Virus genome (UHGV): UHGV-1789692
Reading direction: 5' to 3' (one strand)
DNA: 11,134 nt
DNA from: a virus
Each line of letters starts with the position of its first letter. The first letter of the stretch is position 1. Of this stretch, positions 7,530-11,134 are shown one piece after another. Position numbers and translations under genes: made by a program. A model generated the notes under the pieces. It did not search any database and was not told the DNA's origin. It saw nothing but the letters and a program-made list of their open reading frames with translations.

Positions 7530-8546
7530 ATGACTGTCAGAAAACAGCCAAACGGTAAATGGTTGTGCGAGTGCTATCCCAATGGACGCAATGGCAAGCG
7601 CGTGCGTAAGCAATTTGCTACGAAAGGCGAAGCCATTGCTTTTGAAAGCTTCACAATGGAAGAAGTGAACAAAAAACCATGGCTGGGGGAAAAGGAAGAT
7701 CGGCGACACCTATCAGAATTAATTGAGCAGTGGTATTCCCTGTATGGTCAAACACTCGCAGACCCCAAGCGCCTCATAGCGAAACTTAGAATTATCTGTA
7801 ATGGTCTAGGCGATCCCATCGCTTCAGAACTGACAGCCGGTGACTTTACGAAATACCGCGAAGCACGGTTAAAAGGTGAAGTACGAAATGAAGATGGCAC
7901 GTTTATGTCGCCCGTTAAGCCCCGCACGGTAAACCTTGAACAGCGCAATCTATCATCTGTTTTTGGTACACTGAAAAAGCTGGGCCACTGGTCAGCCCCC
8001 AACCCGCTTGCTGGGCTGCCAACATTTAAAATTGCTGAGAGTGAATTGGCGTTCCTGACCCCGGAAGAAATTAAACGTCTGCTGGATGCCTGCGCCGATT
8101 CTCAAAGCTCCAGCCTGCTTTTGATTGCAAAAATATGCCTGGCCACCGGCGCACGCTGGAGCGAAGCCGAAAACCTGCAGAGTCATCAGGTATCAAAATA
8201 CCGTATCACTTATACCAAGACCAAAGGCAAGAAAAACCGAACTGTGCCTATTTCTAAGGATTTATATGAAGAACTGCCTAAGAATAGGGGGAAGTTATTC
8301 ACCCCATGCAGAAAAGCCTTTGAGCGTGCAGTAAAGCGGGCTGGTATCGATCTGCCAGAGGGTCAATGTACTCACGTTCTGCGTCATACATTCGCTAGCC
8401 ATTTTATGATGAATGGTGGAAACATATTGGTTTTGCGGGATATCCTAGGACATTCAGATATAAAAATGACCATGGTCTATGCACACTTCGCCCCAGACCA
8501 TTTAGAAGATGCCGTAACTAAAAATCCTTTATTTAATTTGAGGTAA
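7530..8546 (+). CDS. int: P2-type tyrosine integrase (338 aa)
   Basis: N-terminus ...GRNGKRVRKQFATKGEAIAFE parallels recalled P2 Int (...GRNGKRIRRKFDKKSEAVAFE); catalytic region CLATGARWSEAE, HVLRHTFASHFMMNGGNILVLRDILGHSDIKMTMVYAHF contains the R...H-x-x-R...Y tyrosine-recombinase signature. Starts 2 nt after the CI-like stop. Confidence 0.9.
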   Translation: MTVRKQPNGKWLCECYPNGRNGKRVRKQFATKGEAIAFESFTMEEVNKKPWLGEKEDRRHLSELIEQWYSLYGQTLADPKRLIAKLRIICNGLGDPIASELTAGDFTKYREARLKGEVRNEDGTFMSPVKPRTVNLEQRNLSSVFGTLKKLGHWSAPNPLAGLPTFKIAESELAFLTPEEIKRLLDACADSQSSSLLLIAKICLATGARWSEAENLQSHQVSKYRITYTKTKGKKNRTVPISKDLYEELPKNRGKLFTPCRKAFERAVKRAGIDLPEGQCTHVLRHTFASHFMMNGGNILVLRDILGHSDIKMTMVYAHFAPDHLEDAVTKNPLFNLR

Positions 8547-8556
8547 GTAGTAATTT

Positions 8557-9225
8557 ATGAATAGCGAACTAGAGTTACTTATAAAAATATTATTCCCTTC
8601 CCTATCTGCCATTATATCCTTATTAGGGCTTAAAACAGGGTGGACTTATAAAAAAGACAAACTATTCACATCACGTAAAAACATTAGCGAATTTTCATAT
8701 CAAATGTATAAAAGCAGTGAAGATCCGACCTTCAAAAAACTGGCGGAAGATTACGGCATTGCTGCATTAACCAAAGATAACACATTGACAAAAAAACAAA
8801 GATTAATATTACTCAACACAACAAACCCCGTTAGCGATATAGATGATTATTCCAAATGTCAAAGTCTAATTTCCATTACCACCCATAAAGAAATATTCGC
8901 ATGGAATAAAAAAAGATATAAATACAGCATATATCTGTCTCTTATACACATTATAACAACTCTAATTTACTTCATGGGCAGTCTCGTCGTAGCACTTCCT
9001 TTCAGTTATTCTGTTGTAGTAAGTGCTAAGATGATGGAGAAGATAAACCATCTAACTACTTGGCAATACTTTGGTTTAAGCAGCTATTTTGTGGTATCGG
9101 GAGTAGCAATATGCTTTATCTGCCTAGATAAGCTCTCCAAGATTAAGATCGCCGAGAGATTAATCGTTTCAAATAGGCGTTTAGGCGACAAATGCAGTGG
9201 CGGCACTTTGGCGGCAGAAAGTTAA
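8557..9225 (+). CDS. AT-rich cargo gene: 222-aa predicted multi-pass membrane protein of unknown function, between int and the att core
   Basis: ATG 11 nt after the int stop, same strand; visibly much more AT-rich than the flanking prophage genes; hydrophobic segments LIKILFPSLSAIISLLGL (N-terminal), YSIYLSLIHIITTLIYFMGSLVVALPF and YFGLSSYFVVSGVAICFICL separated by charged, K-rich soluble regions. No family recognised. Confidence 0.65.
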   Translation: MNSELELLIKILFPSLSAIISLLGLKTGWTYKKDKLFTSRKNISEFSYQMYKSSEDPTFKKLAEDYGIAALTKDNTLTKKQRLILLNTTNPVSDIDDYSKCQSLISITTHKEIFAWNKKRYKYSIYLSLIHIITTLIYFMGSLVVALPFSYSVVVSAKMMEKINHLTTWQYFGLSSYFVVSGVAICFICLDKLSKIKIAERLIVSNRRLGDKCSGGTLAAES

Positions 9226-9310
9226 AAACCCATAAAACGGACAGACACCGCATAAATCTAACCAACTGAAAATCAAAGCAAATCATTGTTTTTACAGACA
9301 TTGAAATGCT

Positions 9311-9355
9311 ATGTAGGAATTTCGGACGCGGGTTCAACTCCCGCCAGCTCCACCA
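9311..9355 (+). other. ssrA: 3'-terminal ~45 nt of ssrA (tmRNA): prophage attachment-site core, a partial duplicate and not a complete gene
   Basis: ATGTAGGAATTTCGGACGCGGGTTCAACTCCCGCCAGCTCCACCA matches the recalled 3' end of E. coli tmRNA (T-arm GCGGG-TTCAACT-CCCGC, acceptor 3' strand, discriminator A, CCA). Sequence upstream of 9311 does not continue the tmRNA, so only the 3' fragment is present. The exact left boundary is from memory. Confidence 0.75.
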
Positions 9356-9482
9356 ATCATGATTGGACGGTGTAAGGACTACACCAACAAAAACAGGAAG
9401 TTATAAGTCTCAGCAGGACACCGACCAGACGGTGAGGAGACAAAAAAGGATACGCAACGGAGTCGCGACTCCCTATGACATT

Positions 9483-9510
9483 AAAGCCCGCTGATGCGGG
9501 CTTTTTTATT
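9483..9510 (+). terminator. Rho-independent terminator downstream of the ssrA fragment
   Basis: Stem GCCCGC / GCGGGC (9486-9491 / 9496-9501) with loop TGAT, followed by TTTTTTATT. Confidence 0.65.
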
Positions 9511-9938
9511 GGTCCTGACCCGCCCTGAATAGAATTCATCCAATTACAGTCCAGACATATACAGTATCCCTCAGCTCAGTATCAGCTTCTCGACAAATGG
9601 TCACTGTTATTTACCCGTTGCCAGAAAGAGAATAATTTGCCCCCATAGCCAGCCTTCCTGGAATCTGTATATTCATTAATATTGTTATCGATTCCATCAA
9701 GTAACATAGGTTGGATGCGATTGATCTTACTCACATTAGTCGACACGGAACTCAGTAAGTTGAACTCTGAAAAAGCAGTTTAAATAGCATTTAAACAAAT
9801 GCCACCAGTTCGAAAAAGAGTATAAGCACACTTAATATATTGTTTTAATTATTCATTTCCTTTCAACCCAATTCTTATCCCTCACATTATTTGTTATTAA
9901 TTTGTTGTTTTTGATCACAATAAGAAAACAATATGTAA

Positions 9939-11015
<1,077 letters not shown>

Positions 11016-11034
11016 GCGCAAAGGAATTGAGCGG

Positions 11035-11107
11035 ATGTATGATTTTGTGATTATTGGCGGCGGCATCATCGGCATGTCGACCGCCATGCAACTGATTGAT
11101 GTTTATC
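11035..11107 (+). CDS. lhgO: LhgO (YgaF) L-2-hydroxyglutarate oxidase/dehydrogenase, first 24 codons only (cut off by adapter)
   Basis: MYDFVIIGGGIIGMSTAMQLIDVY: FAD-binding GxGxxG N-terminus directly downstream of csiD; the reading frame runs into the adapter at 11108. Confidence 0.75.
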
Positions 11108-11134
11108 CTGTCTCTTATACACATCTCCGAGCCC
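11108..11134. other. Illumina Nextera adapter, reverse complement (CTGTCTCTTATACACATCTCCGAGCCC); technical artefact
   Basis: Exact reverse complement of the mosaic-end adapter at the 5' end of the contig; the track ORF 10927..11124 begins with MCIRDR, the usual translation of this adapter. Confidence 0.95.

Larger units (their letters stand above)
35..9355. mobile_element. P2/186-like temperate prophage (integrase-proximal part), integrated at the 3' end of ssrA; left boundary lies outside the contig
   Basis: Contiguous gene set: att core, cargo, int, cI | apl, cII, small ORFs, traR, DUF3850, dam, gpA, LexA-boxed SOS operon; host csiD-lhgO resumes about 680 bp after the att core. Confidence 0.8.

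Noticed and set aside
9311-9355. A complete tmRNA (ssrA) gene
   Set aside because: Only the 3' ~45 nt are present; upstream sequence is AT-rich prophage DNA that does not match the tmRNA body.
9357-9539. 60-aa minus-strand ORF between the att core and the terminator
   Set aside because: No RBS, overlaps the terminator hairpin and lies in the att-flanking non-coding region; likely spurious.
9912-9919. Possible CRP half-site (TGATCACA) upstream of csiD
   Set aside because: I could not assemble a convincing full TGTGA-N6-TCACA site by eye; csiD is known to be CRP dependent, but the exact site cannot be placed here without a matrix scan.

Overview
This 11,134-nt window is a short assembled contig with Illumina Nextera transposase adapter at both ends (1-34 and 11108-11134). 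Between them lies the integrase-proximal end of a P2/186-like temperate prophage, running from about 35 to 9355 with its early genes on the minus strand, followed by host DNA carrying csiD (glaH) and the start of lhgO. Read right to left the prophage shows: a 45-nt copy of the ssrA (tmRNA) 3' end as the attachment-site core; an AT-rich 222-aa multi-transmembrane cargo gene immediately downstream of the integrase; a P2-type tyrosine integrase; a 186-type CI-like repressor; a switch region with a palindromic operator; Apl/Cox-like and CII-like regulators; several small hypothetical genes; a TraR/DksA zinc-finger protein; a DUF3850/ASCH-like protein; a Dam-like adenine methyltransferase; a P2 gpA-like rolling-circle replication initiator; a LexA-boxed SOS operon (small ORF plus DinI-like protein); a terminator; and the first 52 codons of a P-loop ATPase cut off by the contig edge. 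The two best candidates for an undescribed system are the cargo membrane protein between int and att, and the truncated ATPase at the left edge. All calls rest on reading the sequence and recalled family signatures; no database search was run.
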